NCBI GenBank assembly: GCA_029248525.1
Contig: JAQWJE010000014.1
Coordinates: forward strand, 139,561-203,560
Length of the DNA stretch: 64,000 nt
DNA from: Candidatus Binatia bacterium
Lineage (GTDB): Bacteria > Desulfobacterota > Binatia > UBA12015
Direction of reading: 5' to 3'
Part shown: one piece after another, positions 39,116 through 50,843 of the stretch
Layout of the letters: the number at the start of each line of letters is the position of its first letter
How positions within the stretch are numbered: position 1 is the stretch's first letter
The notes under the pieces: model-generated
The model's database searches: none
Told to the model about the DNA's origin: nothing
Seen by the model: only the letters and a program-made list of their open reading frames with translations
Made by a program: the position numbers and the translations under genes

Positions 39116-39609
39116 TCCGGAATCCGATCCGTCTTTCGTCCGGTATGACCGAAGCCGCCCGCACCCCGTTCCGTGGTCTCTCCAATCGGAAGATCATCCG
39201 CCCCGGTTCGCAAAAGGTCCCAGACGACCTGCACAACGGGAGTCACCACCAACTGTGCGATCCGCTCCAGAGGCTCGATCATCACCGACTCGCCACCAAG
39301 ATTGACAAGCGCGACGCGCAATTCGCCCCGATAATCGCTGTCGATGGTTCCGGGACTATTGAGCACGGTAATCCCCGAGCGCACCGCAAGACCGCTCCGC
39401 GGGCGAACCTGTCCCTCGAAGCCCGGAGGCACCGCTACCCCGAGTCCCGTCGAAACCAGAACGCGTTCTCGGGGCGAAATCTCGAGGGGTTGGGCGATGG
39501 CCGCACAAAGATCTACGCCCGCGGCACCGGAGGTCATATATTCCGGCAAGGGCGCCTCAATCTTTCCGATGCGCCAGATACCCGTTCGCAGAGAGCCCGC
39601 CATCCCCAT
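39112..39609 (-). CDS. dut: dUTP diphosphatase
   Basis: AAGVDL, RPRSGLA, GTIDSDYRGE, RIAQLV, RGAGGFGHTG. Confidence 0.97.
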   Translation of the reverse strand: MGMAGSLRTGIWRIGKIEAPLPEYMTSGAAGVDLCAAIAQPLEISPRERVLVSTGLGVAVPPGFEGQVRPRSGLAVRSGITVLNSPGTIDSDYRGELRVALVNLGGESVMIEPLERIAQLVVTPVVQVVWDLLRTGADDLPIGETTERGAGGFGHTGRKTDRIPD

Positions 39610-39615
39610 CCCTCA

Positions 39616-40890
39616 CTAGGTCAGGCGCATCGACGCGTCAGTCACGGAGCCTGCCGGCACCTTACCCAGCAGGGACACAAGAAGATCCTGCTTTCCGAAG
39701 AGCTCGGCTGCGAGCTCGCGGATATCGTCTTGAGTGACCGCATCAATGCGCTCGCTGATCTCATCAATTGGCACGCTTCGTCCCAATTGGATTTCGTTGA
39801 CCGCGATTCGCCGCATTCGGCTGACGCAACTTTCCAGGTTCAGCAGGATACTGCCCTTGATCTGACTTTTTGCCCGCGCGAACTCTCCGGCATCCAAGCC
39901 CTTCTCCCGAAGAGAAACCATTTCGTCCCGCACCAGCCCGACAACTTCCCCCACCGATTCAGCTCCCAGGGCTGCGTACACACCGACGCTGCCCGCATTC
40001 AGAGTGGAATCGAGAAACGAATAAATACTGTAGGCTTTGCCTCGCTTCTCGCGAACTTCCTGGAACAATCGCGAGCTCATTCCTTCGCCAAATGCGGTAT
40101 TGAGGACGAACGCGGCGAAACGTCGATCATCGAGGCTGGAAAGGCCGGGCACGCCGAGCAACATCTGAACCTGCTCGAGATCTCGTTGATGCACGTGCAG
40201 ACCCGTCGCGGTATCAGGCACCGTCAAAGCCGGCGGCTCCGTCACACCGGACAAATCCTCGAAAGCCTCCGAGGCCCAGGCCACCAAAGCTTCGTGATTC
40301 ACACAACCCGCTGCGGCAATGACGATTCGATCGGCACGATACCGTTCGCCGATAAATTGGATGAAGTCCTCACGATGCATCCCGGTCACCGTGTCCGGTG
40401 TGCCGCAGATCGGACGCGACAGGGCGTGATCTGGCCATAGCGCCGTATCAAAGAGCTGCTGGGCCTGCTGATCGGGGGAGTCCTCGCTCTCGGCGATTTC
40501 CGACAGGATCACGGTTCGCTCACGTTCGATCTCATCGGCAGGAAAAACAGCCTGACAAAAGACATCGCCCAGAACATCGAGTGCGAGAGGGAGATCGGTC
40601 CCGAGAACTCTTGCGTAATAGCAGGTCAGTTCCCGCCCGGTGAATGCGTTGAGCACGCCTCCGACAGCCTCGATCTCCTCGGCGATCTTTCGGGCGCTCC
40701 GCTTCTCGGTACCCTTGAAAAAAATATGCTCCAGGAAATGGGAAATACCATTTTCTGGAGCAGTCTCGTATCGAGAACCGTTCTCCACCCATATGCCGAC
40801 GGTGGCCGAACGGAACTGATCAATTTCCTCGGAGAGGACGCGGACACCGTTCCGAAGAACGGTGTCCTGCACCTCACCCCTGGTTTTCAA
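39616..40890 (-). CDS. M16 family (pitrilysin-like) zinc peptidase
   Basis: GSRYE..GISHFLEH (HxxEH), NAFT, SSRLFQEVREKRG; usual position after pnp. Confidence 0.92.
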   Translation of the reverse strand: MKTRGEVQDTVLRNGVRVLSEEIDQFRSATVGIWVENGSRYETAPENGISHFLEHIFFKGTEKRSARKIAEEIEAVGGVLNAFTGRELTCYYARVLGTDLPLALDVLGDVFCQAVFPADEIERERTVILSEIAESEDSPDQQAQQLFDTALWPDHALSRPICGTPDTVTGMHREDFIQFIGERYRADRIVIAAAGCVNHEALVAWASEAFEDLSGVTEPPALTVPDTATGLHVHQRDLEQVQMLLGVPGLSSLDDRRFAAFVLNTAFGEGMSSRLFQEVREKRGKAYSIYSFLDSTLNAGSVGVYAALGAESVGEVVGLVRDEMVSLREKGLDAGEFARAKSQIKGSILLNLESCVSRMRRIAVNEIQLGRSVPIDEISERIDAVTQDDIRELAAELFGKQDLLVSLLGKVPAGSVTDASMRLT

Positions 40891-42989
40891 TCGCTGCTTT
40901 CCTCGGAATCCTCGAAGTCTGCTTCCTTCTTCGACAGACGAATCTTGCCGTTCCGGTCCACTTCGAGCACCTTGACCCGCACAACGTCCCCCTCACTCAG
41001 AACATCGGTCACCTTGGCGACACGCTCATTCGAGATTTGTGAGATATGGAGCAGACCGTCACGACCCGGCAGCACTTCCACGAACGCACCGAAGTCCTTG
41101 ATCGAACGAACCGTGCCTTCATAAATCGTGCCCACCTCGGGCTCCGCGGTGATTTCCTTGACCCGACGAATCGCATGCTGGAGAGCAGGACCATCCGCCG
41201 AGGCGATCTGAACGGTGCCATCGTCCGACACGTCGATCGAACAACCGGTCTCTTCGACCAAACCGCGGATCACCTTGCCACCTGGGCCGATGATATCGCG
41301 GATCTTGTCCGTCGGGATCTTCACTGCCTCAATTCGAGGCGCGAAGGGCGACATTTCCGTCCGTGCGCTTGTCAGCTCCTTGGCCATCTCGCCAAGGATA
41401 TGAAGCCGACCGTCGCGGGCCTGCTCAATCGCCTTCTGCATCACGGCCTGAGTCACACCGGCAATCTTGATATCCATCTGAAGGGCCGTGATCCCCTCAG
41501 CGGTACCCGCAACCTTGAAGTCCATGTCGCCAAGGTGATCTTCGTCGCCCAGGATATCACTCAGAACAGCGATATCATCGCCTTCCTTGATCATTCCCAT
41601 CGCGATTCCAGCCACCGGCGCTTTGGTCGGCACACCCGCATCGTTCAATGCGAGAGAACCACCACAAACCGTTGCCATCGAAGACGAGCCATTCGACTCG
41701 AGAATCTCCGACACGATTCGCGCCACATACGGGAACTCCTCTTCCGTCGGAAGCACCGGCGTGAGAGCGCGCTCAGCGAGAGCTCCGTGACCGGTATCCC
41801 GACGACTCGGACCGCGCATGAACTTGACCTCGCCAACACTGAAGGGAGGGAAGTTGTAGTGCAACATGAAACGCTTCTTGACGTCGCCAAGCAGCCCATC
41901 GATTCGCTGGGTATCCCCGGAGGTACCGAGGGTTGCCGTCACGAGCGCCTGTGTTTCGCCGCGCGTAAACAGCGCCGAGCCATGTGTACGGGGAAGAACC
42001 GTCGTCTCACATGCAATCGGTCGGACCGTCGTCAGGTCACGTCCATCGAGACGCTTGCCTTCCTTCACGACCATCGAGCGGACAGCGTTGTATTTCAAGG
42101 TGCTGAACGCATCCGAAAGCTCGCCACCACGATCAGGGTACTCCTCAGCCAATGCTTCTTTGACTTGCGCCTTGGCTGCATCAAATTTTGCGTAACGCTC
42201 GAGTTTGGCCGGTTCGTTCATGGCGCCCTGGATCAGCGGCGTTCCAACTTCCGCGACTCGCGCGACCAGAGCCTCGTCGACATGCACTTCGGGTTTCGGG
42301 CGCTTGGGCTTGCCCGCGAGCTCAACCAGCTCTTCCTGAAGATCAAGAATCGGCTGCAAGCCGTCGTGCGCGAAGAACAACGCCTCCAGCATCTCGGCAT
42401 CGGGGACAACGTCGCCGCCGCCTTCGACCATCACGATCGCATCGCGGCTACCCGCAACGGTGAGGTTGATATCGCCATTGGCGAGATCGTCGGCACCAGG
42501 GTTGAGGATCAACTTGCCGTCGACACGGCCGACTCGGACCGCTGCGATGGGTCCGTCAAACGGAATATCCGAGATCGAGAGCGCCGCCGAGGCGCCGCAC
42601 ACCGAAAGAATATCCGGGTCGCAATCCTTCTCCGCCGAGAGCACCGTCGTGATGACCTGCGTCTCGCAACGCCATCCATCCGGGAACAGAGGACGAATGG
42701 GTCGATCCGTGACCCGACAGGTCAGGATTTCCTTTTCCGTCGGACGGCCTTCCCGCTTGAAAAAGCCTCCCGGGATTTTACCCGCTGCGTAGGTCTTTTC
42801 CTGATACTCGACCGTCAGCGGCATGAAATCCATACCCTCACGAGGCTTCGGCTGTGCCGTTGCCGTGACCAAAAGGACGGTGTCGCCATAACGCACGATA
42901 ACCGCACCGCCGGCCTGCTTGGCCATCCGTCCGGTTTCCATGGAAAGCGTACGACCGCCTACTTCAACTTCAACTACCTTCTTTTGCAT
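40887..42989 (-). CDS. pnp: Polyribonucleotide nucleotidyltransferase (PNPase)
   Basis: AAGKIPGGFFKREG, HGSALFTRGETQ, ESNGSSSMA, EDHLGDMDFKVAG, KH and S1 domains; start MQKK with GGAGAGG RBS. Confidence 0.98.
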   Translation of the reverse strand: MQKKVVEVEVGGRTLSMETGRMAKQAGGAVIVRYGDTVLLVTATAQPKPREGMDFMPLTVEYQEKTYAAGKIPGGFFKREGRPTEKEILTCRVTDRPIRPLFPDGWRCETQVITTVLSAEKDCDPDILSVCGASAALSISDIPFDGPIAAVRVGRVDGKLILNPGADDLANGDINLTVAGSRDAIVMVEGGGDVVPDAEMLEALFFAHDGLQPILDLQEELVELAGKPKRPKPEVHVDEALVARVAEVGTPLIQGAMNEPAKLERYAKFDAAKAQVKEALAEEYPDRGGELSDAFSTLKYNAVRSMVVKEGKRLDGRDLTTVRPIACETTVLPRTHGSALFTRGETQALVTATLGTSGDTQRIDGLLGDVKKRFMLHYNFPPFSVGEVKFMRGPSRRDTGHGALAERALTPVLPTEEEFPYVARIVSEILESNGSSSMATVCGGSLALNDAGVPTKAPVAGIAMGMIKEGDDIAVLSDILGDEDHLGDMDFKVAGTAEGITALQMDIKIAGVTQAVMQKAIEQARDGRLHILGEMAKELTSARTEMSPFAPRIEAVKIPTDKIRDIIGPGGKVIRGLVEETGCSIDVSDDGTVQIASADGPALQHAIRRVKEITAEPEVGTIYEGTVRSIKDFGAFVEVLPGRDGLLHISQISNERVAKVTDVLSEGDVVRVKVLEVDRNGKIRLSKKEADFEDSEESSD

Positions 42990-43059
42990 AGTCCTCTCCC
43001 GTCGTGCCGCATCTTTTGCGACGGGCACGAGCCCAGGGGAAGGGCGTCGATGGCAGAGA

Positions 43060-43329
43060 TTAGCGGCGGATGCCGAGACGCTCGATAAGCGTCTTGTACC
43101 GCGCCAGATCTTTGCGCTTCAGGTAGTCGAGAAGACTCCTGCGCTGGCTGACCAATGTGATCAACCCGCGACGCGAATGATGATCTTTCGCGTGGGTCTT
43201 GAAATGCTCAGTCAGACCTTTGATGCGCTCCGTAAGGAGTGCGATCTGAACTTCCGGTGAACCGGTATCTTTCTCGTGCGCACGGTAACTCTCGACGAGT
43301 TCCGCTATTTGCGCTGAAGCCAACGCCAC
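43060..43329 (-). CDS. rpsO: 30S ribosomal protein S15
   Basis: [25 protein letters not shown] start gives 89 aa. Confidence 0.97.
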   Translation of the reverse strand: MALASAQIAELVESYRAHEKDTGSPEVQIALLTERIKGLTEHFKTHAKDHHSRRGLITLVSQRRSLLDYLKRKDLARYKTLIERLGIRR

Positions 43330-43370
43330 TTCGCTGATTTCCTTTCTTTTCTGCCTTGTCTGTTCTGTGG

Positions 43371-44291
43371 CTAACATCGGGCCGTTGGCCTGTAAAGGTC
43401 CACGGCATCAGGATAAAGCACACGGCGTAATTGCCACGAACCACCGGGATCGCAGTCCACGATCGCCAGAAGCTCTCCGGCGGGCTCCACAAGAGCGACT
43501 CTCGAGGCCCCTGCGGGGAGAGAGAGCCCGGAAAGACAGCCTTTCCCACCCACAGCGACCTGATAGGCTCGGGGCCCATCAACAGTAACCTGCGGTACGC
43601 CACGGAGCGCTTCCAGGCAGCTCAAAACAGGGATTTTTTCCGACGCGCACCCTTGAATAGCGTGCAGCTCATGGCACTCGGAGACCCCGAACGGTCCGAA
43701 GCGGGTCCGCCGCAGACTCGCCAATGTGGCCGGGCAGCCCAGCGCCGCCCCCACCTCCTCGGCCAAAACCCGAACGTAGGTTCCCTTCGAACATTCCACG
43801 GCAAAGCGAATCCGATCAAGCTCGCTGGTCAATTCGAGAGAAAACTGATCGATGCGGATGGGCCGCGGCTGACGCTCCACCTCGATCCCCGCTCGAGCCA
43901 TCTTGTAGAGCTGCTTTCCCTTGATTTTGACCGCCGAGTACATCGGTGGAATTTGCTCGCGGTGACCCAAAAATTTGGAAGCCACGCTTTCAAGAAGCTC
44001 GCTGGAGAGACCTGGCACCTCGCCTCGGGCAGTCTCCTGCCCCGTAATGTCGGCGGTGTCGGTCGCCAGACCGAGCAGAATTTCGCCGCTATAGCCCTTG
44101 TCTGCCGCGTCGAGAAACTGCGCAATTCGCGTTCCCCCATCCAGGCAGAGAGGCAAAACGCCCGTCGCCATCGGATCCAAGGTACCAAGGTGTCCGATCT
44201 TTCTGGGATGCAGTGTCCGCTTCAGAATCCTGATAATGCCCGCCGAAGTTTCCCCGCCCGGCTTGTCCACCAGAAGGACGCCATCAGGCAT
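43371..44291 (-). CDS. truB: tRNA pseudouridine(55) synthase
   Basis: [38 protein letters not shown] overlaps rbfA end. Confidence 0.96.
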   Translation of the reverse strand: MPDGVLLVDKPGGETSAGIIRILKRTLHPRKIGHLGTLDPMATGVLPLCLDGGTRIAQFLDAADKGYSGEILLGLATDTADITGQETARGEVPGLSSELLESVASKFLGHREQIPPMYSAVKIKGKQLYKMARAGIEVERQPRPIRIDQFSLELTSELDRIRFAVECSKGTYVRVLAEEVGAALGCPATLASLRRTRFGPFGVSECHELHAIQGCASEKIPVLSCLEALRGVPQVTVDGPRAYQVAVGGKGCLSGLSLPAGASRVALVEPAGELLAIVDCDPGGSWQLRRVLYPDAVDLYRPTARC

Positions 44292-44724
44292 CGAAATCGT
44301 CCTCCGGATCGACAGCTGATCCGTCCTGCGGACCGATTTTCGTATCACGAATCAAGCTATCAATTCGACGCGCATGCTCGAGTTCGTCATCGTAGAAAAA
44401 CCGAAACGCCGGCGTATAGCGCAGCTGCATCTTGTCCGCGACATACTTGCGGAAGAACGGTGCTGCCCTCTCGAGTCCCCGGAGTGCCTCTTCGCGCGAG
44501 GCCTGCTCCTCTGACAGCAGGAGGAAATACACTGTCGCCAGCTTTAAATCAGGCGTCAGGCGAATGCGTGTCAGATTCACCTGACTGAGGCGCGGATCAC
44601 GGGCGTGATGCAGCAGAGCCTCAGCCAGGCACCGTTGCACCTCGCCGCCGACTCGATCCGAGCGCCGAACCTCATAACCACCGGCCGCTGGGTCCAGCGA
44701 AGGACGCTTACGTCTGCGAGCCAC
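44284..44724 (-). CDS. rbfA: Ribosome-binding factor A
   Basis: RSDRV, DPRL, DLKLA.VY, LRYTP...F.YD. Confidence 0.93.
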   Translation of the reverse strand: MARRRKRPSLDPAAGGYEVRRSDRVGGEVQRCLAEALLHHARDPRLSQVNLTRIRLTPDLKLATVYFLLLSEEQASREEALRGLERAAPFFRKYVADKMQLRYTPAFRFFYDDELEHARRIDSLIRDTKIGPQDGSAVDPEDDFDA

Positions 44725-44748
44725 GAGAGAGAGTGCCGCAATCCAGCC

Positions 44749-47604
44749 TTAGGAGGCCGCGTCCGAGACCTGAGACGGGCCTGCAACCTGTGAGGGCTCG
44801 ATCTTGCGAGCCACCTCTTCGACCTCGTAGACCTCGACCACGTCCCCGGGTTTCACATCCGAGAAACCTTCGATGCCGATACCGCACTCATAACCATGAG
44901 TAACCTCGCGAACATCGTCCTTGAATCGGCGCAAACTCCCGATCTTGCCCTCGTGGACGACCGCATGGTCGCGCAACAAGCGCGCCAGCGAACCGCGCAG
45001 AATCTTGCCGTCGGTCACGGTCGAGCCGGCGATCACGCCCGCTCCGCGAACGCCGAAGATCTCGCGGACCTCGGCGCGACCCACGTTCCTCTCGCGCAAC
45101 GATGGTGCGAGCATCCCTTCGAGGGCCTCGCGGACCTCGCGAATGGCGTCGTAGATAATCGTATAGAGGCGAAGGTCGACTCCCTCGGCTTCCGCCAGAG
45201 AGGCTGCCTTGTCGAGGGGACGGACATTGAAACCGATGATGACCGCATTGGAAGCCGAGGCCAAAAGCACGTCAGACTCGGTGATCCCGCCGACCGAAGC
45301 ATGGATCGTCTTGACCTGAACCTCGTCGTTGGAAACCCGAGAAAAAGCCTCGCGCAACGCGTCGACCGAGCCCTGGACATCGACCTTCAAGACGACGTTC
45401 AGTTCCTTGACCTTGGCTTTCTCAAGCTGCGAATAAAGGTCATCGAGCGAAACTTTCGAGCTGCGAGCCAGTTCCGTCTCGCGCTGCTTCTGCTGGCGAT
45501 GTTCGGCAATCTGCTTGGACTTCGCTTCATCTTGGACCACCGCAAAGGCGTCGCCCGCTGCGGGAACCCCGTCGAGGCCAAGGATTTCCACAGGCACCGA
45601 AGGGCCTGCTTTCTTGATTCGGTTGCCCTGCGAGTCGAGCATCGCGCGCAGCTTGCCATGCTGCAGCCCGACCACGAACGATTGTCCGGGCTCAAGAGTT
45701 CCCTCCTGCACCAGAACGGTAGCCACCGGACCGCGACCTCGGTCGAGCTTGGACTCGACAACGGTCCCTCGCGCCCGAACTTCCGGATTGGCCTTCAACT
45801 CGAGCAGTTCTGCCTGCAGAAGCACCATCTCGAGAAGATTGTCCAGCCCCTCACGGGTCTTGGCGGAAACCGGGCAGAAAATGGTGTCTCCGCCCCACTC
45901 CTCGGGAGCCAGACCGTGCTCGGCCAACTGGCCCTTCACTTTTTCGATATCTGCTTCGGCGCGATCGATCTTGTTCAGCGCCACAATCATCGGCACTTTC
46001 GCGGCACGAGAGTGGTTGATCGCCTCAATGGTCTGCGGCATTGGCCCATCATCGGCCGCCACGACCAGGATCACGATATCGGTCACCTGCGCGCCGCGGG
46101 CGCGCATCGAGGTGAACGCGGCGTGACCCGGCGTATCGATGAAGGTAATATTACGTTCGCCTACAGGCACGGAATAGGCACCAATATGCTGGGTGATACC
46201 GCCGGCTTCGCCGTCAGCGACCGTGGTACTGCGGATCTGATCCAGAACCGAAGTCTTGCCGTGATCGACATGGCCCATCACTGTGACGACGGGATCACGA
46301 GGGAGCGGTTCACCAACAGCCTCTTCGGCCTCGGTGCCATCGATCTCCTTGTCGGCATCAAAAGCAACGTTCTCGACCGTGTATTCGAATTCGCCGGCCA
46401 CCAAGGTTGCATGGTCCACGTCGAGCGACTGGTTAACCGTCGCCATCACGCCCATTTCCATGAGCTTCTTCAAGACTTCACCAGCCTTGAGCCCCATGGA
46501 TTTGGCCAACTCTCCCACCGAGATCACTTCGTGCATGCGAACGATCCGCTTGCGGGCCGAGGGCACGGTGATTTGAGTCGCCTGCTGCTCCTTGCCCGGA
46601 GTCGCCCGACGTTTCTGAGGACGCCTGCCGCGAGGTCGGTCGCCACCGCTGAACGGGTCCATCTGGGAACCGCGCCGGATGACTTTCTTGCCCTTCTTGC
46701 GTCGTCCTTCGGTCGCGGGAGGAGCATCGGTCCCGGGGCCTGGCTTGCCGCCTGCGGGCGCGGGTGCCGGCGCTGTCTTGAGTTCGATCTTCCCGAGCAC
46801 CTGAACGCGACGCATACCATCATCGAGAGCGGGGGTATCGTCCGCCATCAGAGCAGCCGGGCGCAGCGTCGAAGTTCGCTGGGGGACTTCGGGGGTGGGC
46901 GCGGGCGGTTCGGGAGCCACTGGCTCGGAGGGAGATTCATCGACCTTCGAACCGGCCGCGGCGGGTTCGCTTGGCTGGGGCTCAACCGTCGCGGGTTCAG
47001 GTGGAGCCGTAGTCTCAGCCGAGGCTTCCGCTGCTGTCCCGGAGGCCGTTTCCTTGGTGGTCGCCGCGGTATCCGCCGCGGGGACCTCATCTACAGCCGG
47101 TGCTTCGGTAGTGGGCGCGGGCTCGGTGGTAAAGTTTTCAATGCCCACATCGGATGGAGGCAGGTCGGGAATCAACCCGGAAGGCTCGGCCGATCCGGTC
47201 GAGCTATCCGAAGAGCTTCCCATATCCGGAAAATCGATCAGAGAGCCGTCATTACTTCCGCCAACATCACTCGGGGCGGTATCCTTGCGGCCCACCTCGA
47301 CGCGACGCCGACGGCGACGAATCACGTTCGGACGGACTCGAGCTTCGACCGTGGACTCACGGGAGGTGACTTCACCTTGTCCGTCTTTTTCGGTGACCAT
47401 ACGCTCACCGACCACCCGTTCGGTACCAACCGTGGGTTCTGCCGAGGGACCGCGTCCGAGTTGCAGAGCAAGACGCTCAACTTCAGGTTCCTGCAGGCTG
47501 CTCTGTGAGCGCTTGCCGGAGATCCCGAGAGTTTCGAGGCTGGCGAGCAGTTCCTTCGATTGAAGGTTCCATTCTTTCGCCAATTCGTGAATGCGCTTCG
47601 GCAT
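44749..47604 (-). CDS. infB: Translation initiation factor IF-2
   Basis: RIHELAKE N-terminus, [33 protein letters not shown]. Confidence 0.98.
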   Translation of the reverse strand: MPKRIHELAKEWNLQSKELLASLETLGISGKRSQSSLQEPEVERLALQLGRGPSAEPTVGTERVVGERMVTEKDGQGEVTSRESTVEARVRPNVIRRRRRRVEVGRKDTAPSDVGGSNDGSLIDFPDMGSSSDSSTGSAEPSGLIPDLPPSDVGIENFTTEPAPTTEAPAVDEVPAADTAATTKETASGTAAEASAETTAPPEPATVEPQPSEPAAAGSKVDESPSEPVAPEPPAPTPEVPQRTSTLRPAALMADDTPALDDGMRRVQVLGKIELKTAPAPAPAGGKPGPGTDAPPATEGRRKKGKKVIRRGSQMDPFSGGDRPRGRRPQKRRATPGKEQQATQITVPSARKRIVRMHEVISVGELAKSMGLKAGEVLKKLMEMGVMATVNQSLDVDHATLVAGEFEYTVENVAFDADKEIDGTEAEEAVGEPLPRDPVVTVMGHVDHGKTSVLDQIRSTTVADGEAGGITQHIGAYSVPVGERNITFIDTPGHAAFTSMRARGAQVTDIVILVVAADDGPMPQTIEAINHSRAAKVPMIVALNKIDRAEADIEKVKGQLAEHGLAPEEWGGDTIFCPVSAKTREGLDNLLEMVLLQAELLELKANPEVRARGTVVESKLDRGRGPVATVLVQEGTLEPGQSFVVGLQHGKLRAMLDSQGNRIKKAGPSVPVEILGLDGVPAAGDAFAVVQDEAKSKQIAEHRQQKQRETELARSSKVSLDDLYSQLEKAKVKELNVVLKVDVQGSVDALREAFSRVSNDEVQVKTIHASVGGITESDVLLASASNAVIIGFNVRPLDKAASLAEAEGVDLRLYTIIYDAIREVREALEGMLAPSLRERNVGRAEVREIFGVRGAGVIAGSTVTDGKILRGSLARLLRDHAVVHEGKIGSLRRFKDDVREVTHGYECGIGIEGFSDVKPGDVVEVYEVEEVARKIEPSQVAGPSQVSDAAS

Positions 47605-47608
47605 GCCT

Positions 47609-47959
47609 TTAGTCCTTCTTCCCTGCTGTCGATCGGATCGTGCTTCGTTCGGCCATCAACGCCGACCTTGCTGCGGTCGTCGGTCGAAAACGTAGTCCGG
47701 CGAGTGATTTTCGCCCCTGCAAGAACAAGTCTTCGCAAACCTGCGCTGCGTGAAGGTACGTACCGCGCCCACCTTCATTACGCCACTCCAGCCGGTCGCT
47801 GGCTCCGACTCGGGCCATTCGAGCCATTCGCGACTGGAGATCAGATTCACCGCAGCCCGCACAAATGCGGCGACTCGCAAAAGCCGGACGTTTCCCCGAT
47901 GGCCAGGGAAGGCTCGGGGCGCTCGTGCGTCCCCTGTCGATGCGGCGATTTCGCCTCAA
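47609..47959 (-). CDS. ylxR: YlxR/DUF448 RNA-binding protein
   Basis: R.CAGC ... GRG.Y ... C; located between nusA and infB. Confidence 0.75.
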   Translation of the reverse strand: MRRNRRIDRGRTSAPSLPWPSGKRPAFASRRICAGCGESDLQSRMARMARVGASDRLEWRNEGGRGTYLHAAQVCEDLFLQGRKSLAGLRFRPTTAARSALMAERSTIRSTAGKKD

Positions 47960-49356
47960 ACCTGAGGCTCCTCCGGAAGATCAATCAGGCCGTCGCCGGC
48001 CGGCGCAGCGTCGCCCTCGGCCGCCGAGAGTCCCGCGGCTTCCGCCTCCGCGGCCGCTGCTGCAGCAACTGCCGCGGCCTCCGCGGCCGCTTCGGCTGCG
48101 GCTGCTTCCTCGACCTTCTGTTCAGCGGCGCGGGTGATCGCTGCCTCCACGATGACGTATGCTCTCTCAGGACCAATGCCCTCGACCTCGGCAACTTCCG
48201 CAGCCTCCGTCTCGGCCACTTCCTGCACGGTCTTGAATCCGTGCTGCATCAACAGTTCGGCGGTCACGTCGCTCACGCCCTCGATCTGCATGAGAGCAGC
48301 CCGCGATTGCCGCACTTCCTCGTCAGCCTCGGACTCCCCGCGGACATCCAGACGCCAACTCGTCAGTCGCGACGCGAGGGTGACATTTTGCCCGCGCTTG
48401 CCGATAGCCAGCGAAAGCTGATCGTCCGGCACGATCACCTCCATGGAATGCTCGTCCTCATCCATGATGATCTTGGCTACCTTGGCCGGGGCGATCGCTC
48501 GGCAAACAAATTCCGCGGGGTCTGCCGTCCAGTGGACGATATCGATTTTCTCGCCACGCAGCTCCTGAACCACTGCCTGCACGCGTGTTCCGCGCATCCC
48601 CACACAAGCACCCACGGGGTCGACATCGCGATCGTGTGAGACGACCGCGATTTTGGCTCGGCCACCAGGTTCGCGGACGGCGGCCTTCACCTCCACGATC
48701 CCCTCGTAGATCTCGGGCACTTCCTGCCGGAACAACTCGATCAAAAGGTTCGGATGGGTGCGGCTGAGGACGATCTGCGGCCCCTTTGCCGTCAGGTCCA
48801 CATCGTAAATATAGGCGCGAATTCGATCGCTTTGCCGATAACGCTCCCTCGGGATCTGCTCGCGCTCCGGAAGGATGGCATCCGTCCGGCCGAGGTTGAC
48901 GATAATATTTCGGCGCTCGAACCGCTGCACGATACCCGAGAAGAGTTCGCCCTTCCGGTCCTTGAATTCGTTGTAGATAATTTCGCGCTCGGCGTCCCGG
49001 ACCTTCTGAATGATCGCCTGCTTGGCCGCCTGAGCCCCGATCCGACCAAACTCCTTCTGCGGCAGCTTCCCGAGGAATTCATCGCCGATTTCGGCTTCCG
49101 GGTCGTAGTCCGCGCGGGCCTGCTCGAGGGTAATTTCACTTTCGGGATCAGCGACGACGTCCACGACGCGCTTGATCTCGAACAGTTCAACTTCGCCGAT
49201 CTCGGCGTTGAACTGCGCCTCGATCTGCCGCTCGGCACCCAGCAACCGATGTGCAGCCTGAACCATGGCCTCTTCGATCGCGCCTACAATGACTTCGCGC
49301 TCGATCTGTTTTTCTCGGCTGACCTGATCGATGACCCGACTAAGCTGAAATTCCAT
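47956..49356 (-). CDS. nusA: Transcription termination/antitermination factor NusA
   Basis: FGRIGAQAAKQ, S1 and KH domains (EVPEI, REPGGRAK, DPVGACVG), LSLAIGKRGQN; start MEFQ. Confidence 0.97.
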   Translation of the reverse strand: MEFQLSRVIDQVSREKQIEREVIVGAIEEAMVQAAHRLLGAERQIEAQFNAEIGEVELFEIKRVVDVVADPESEITLEQARADYDPEAEIGDEFLGKLPQKEFGRIGAQAAKQAIIQKVRDAEREIIYNEFKDRKGELFSGIVQRFERRNIIVNLGRTDAILPEREQIPRERYRQSDRIRAYIYDVDLTAKGPQIVLSRTHPNLLIELFRQEVPEIYEGIVEVKAAVREPGGRAKIAVVSHDRDVDPVGACVGMRGTRVQAVVQELRGEKIDIVHWTADPAEFVCRAIAPAKVAKIIMDEDEHSMEVIVPDDQLSLAIGKRGQNVTLASRLTSWRLDVRGESEADEEVRQSRAALMQIEGVSDVTAELLMQHGFKTVQEVAETEAAEVAEVEGIGPERAYVIVEAAITRAAEQKVEEAAAAEAAAEAAAVAAAAAAEAEAAGLSAAEGDAAPAGDGLIDLPEEPQV

Positions 49357-49369
49357 TCTGCTTTCCCCC

Positions 49370-49882
49370 TCACGCCTCGTGGGCGTGCCTCTCCCGCAAA
49401 TCTCGATCGAAATCGTGCTCGTAATTCGCTTTTTCAATCGCCGTCAACGGGATGCGTACCGCCGGTCCCTTCGGGACAGCCAGCTCGAGACCATCCTGTC
49501 CCACCGCAACCAGCTCTCCGCGAAAGTTCCGCGAACCGTCGATGGGCTCGACCGTGCGCAAACGAATATTCATGCCCACATGAGCCTCAAAATCTGCCTG
49601 CCCCTTGAGCCTTCGATTCACGCCTGGCGACGAACATTCGAGCGAATAAACCCCCGGAACATCGTCGTGGGCATCCAGAACGGCTTCGATTTCATGACTC
49701 GCCCGAGCCAGCTCCTCGAGACCAATCCCACCGTCTCGATCGAGAAAAATCCTCAAGACAGAATGCTTTCCGGCGGATGCGAACTCCAAATCCACGAGAC
49801 GCAGCCCGAGATCTCCGGCGACCGGCTCGATCCTTTGCGTCATTCGGTTGATAAATTCGCTTTTGCTCATCTTCTTTTCCAC
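49370..49882 (-). CDS. rimP: Ribosome maturation factor RimP (start 49882 or 49870)
   Basis: LRIFLD, Y.LE.SSPG..R.L; upstream of nusA. Confidence 0.95.
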   Translation of the reverse strand: MEKKMSKSEFINRMTQRIEPVAGDLGLRLVDLEFASAGKHSVLRIFLDRDGGIGLEELARASHEIEAVLDAHDDVPGVYSLECSSPGVNRRLKGQADFEAHVGMNIRLRTVEPIDGSRNFRGELVAVGQDGLELAVPKGPAVRIPLTAIEKANYEHDFDRDLRERHAHEA

Positions 49883-49946
49883 GGGAGTTGCGACCCTTCC
49901 GGTCGCTCAACTTAGCCCTGACGGGACTTTTTCGTCCGTCGCGGAG

Positions 49947-49975
49947 AAAAAAAAAGTGGGCGAAGGCCCACTTTT
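49947..49975 (-). terminator. Intrinsic terminator after greA / rimP-leader-type attenuator
   Basis: Minus strand AAAAGTGGGC-CTTC-GCCCAC followed by T9; the GGGC..GCCC core resembles the known rimP leader. Confidence 0.8.
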
Positions 49976-50056
49976 CCCCGAATCCGGCCGATGTTGAAGA
50001 AAAACCTTCTAGCATGGGCCATTTTCACTCGCAATCCGGCGAGAACTTTGAAGAAA

Positions 50057-50533
50057 TTACTCGTCGACGAGTTCGTGATAGGTCGTCAATTCGAGAATTT
50101 CGAATTCCCGCTTGCCATCGGGAATATTCACCTTCACCTCATCGCCAACCTCGTGATTCAGCAAGGCCCGTCCAATCGGCGAACCGATCGAGATCTGCCC
50201 CTCGCTCCCATCCACTTCTTCGGGAAATACCACGCGAAATTCGACTTCGTCGCCCGAGCCTAGATCCTCGCATCGCACGATGCTGCCGTAGGAAACGCGC
50301 TCCCGCGGAAGTCGAGAAAGGGAATAGGCCGAAAGCTCGCTGACCCGGGCCTGAAGAGCTCCCAGGCGAGCTCGAACAATACCCTGACGGTCTTTCGCCG
50401 CGTCGTATTCCGCATTTTCCCGCAGGTCCCCATGCGCGCGCGCCTCTTCAAGGCGCTTCGGCAGGTCGTGGTTCATTTCGCGCTGCAATCCCGCAAGTTC
50501 CACTTTGAGCTTCGCCACGATTGGCAGTTCCAT
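50057..50533 (-). CDS. greA: Transcription elongation factor GreA
   Basis: AHGDLRENAEYDAAK, IS..SPIGRALL. Confidence 0.93.
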   Translation of the reverse strand: MELPIVAKLKVELAGLQREMNHDLPKRLEEARAHGDLRENAEYDAAKDRQGIVRARLGALQARVSELSAYSLSRLPRERVSYGSIVRCEDLGSGDEVEFRVVFPEEVDGSEGQISIGSPIGRALLNHEVGDEVKVNIPDGKREFEILELTTYHELVDE

Positions 50534-50843
50534 AATTAATCCAGCCCTGTTTTCTTCCTTGAAATGCGATCCCGAATCATCCGCCGGGCCACAAACCCTA
50601 CCGCGCGAGGTTATTCCCGCAGGCGGCTACTATAGGAGCTGGCCTCGTTCGAAAGCCACCGAAAGGAGTCCTCCGACCAGGGAAGCTCCCCCGTGAGATA
50701 CCAGTACATCAACATGGCCCCACAACCGACACCGAGAAGAAATCGTAGCATGATTCATTAATGTTCCGCAGAAATTGCTTCCACCACAATTGCGGAACCG
50801 ACCTCCCTTGCCCGACCGCACCGACGCGGCAAAATTCGCCCGA

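Noticed and set aside
44896..47508. Long plus-strand ORFs opposite real genes (870 aa opposite infB; also 41046-43088, 29505-31079, 60404-61762, 25-1422, 16674-18047)
   Set aside because: Antisense shadow frames expected from high-GC codon bias; no motifs, and they overlap well-supported genes almost completely.
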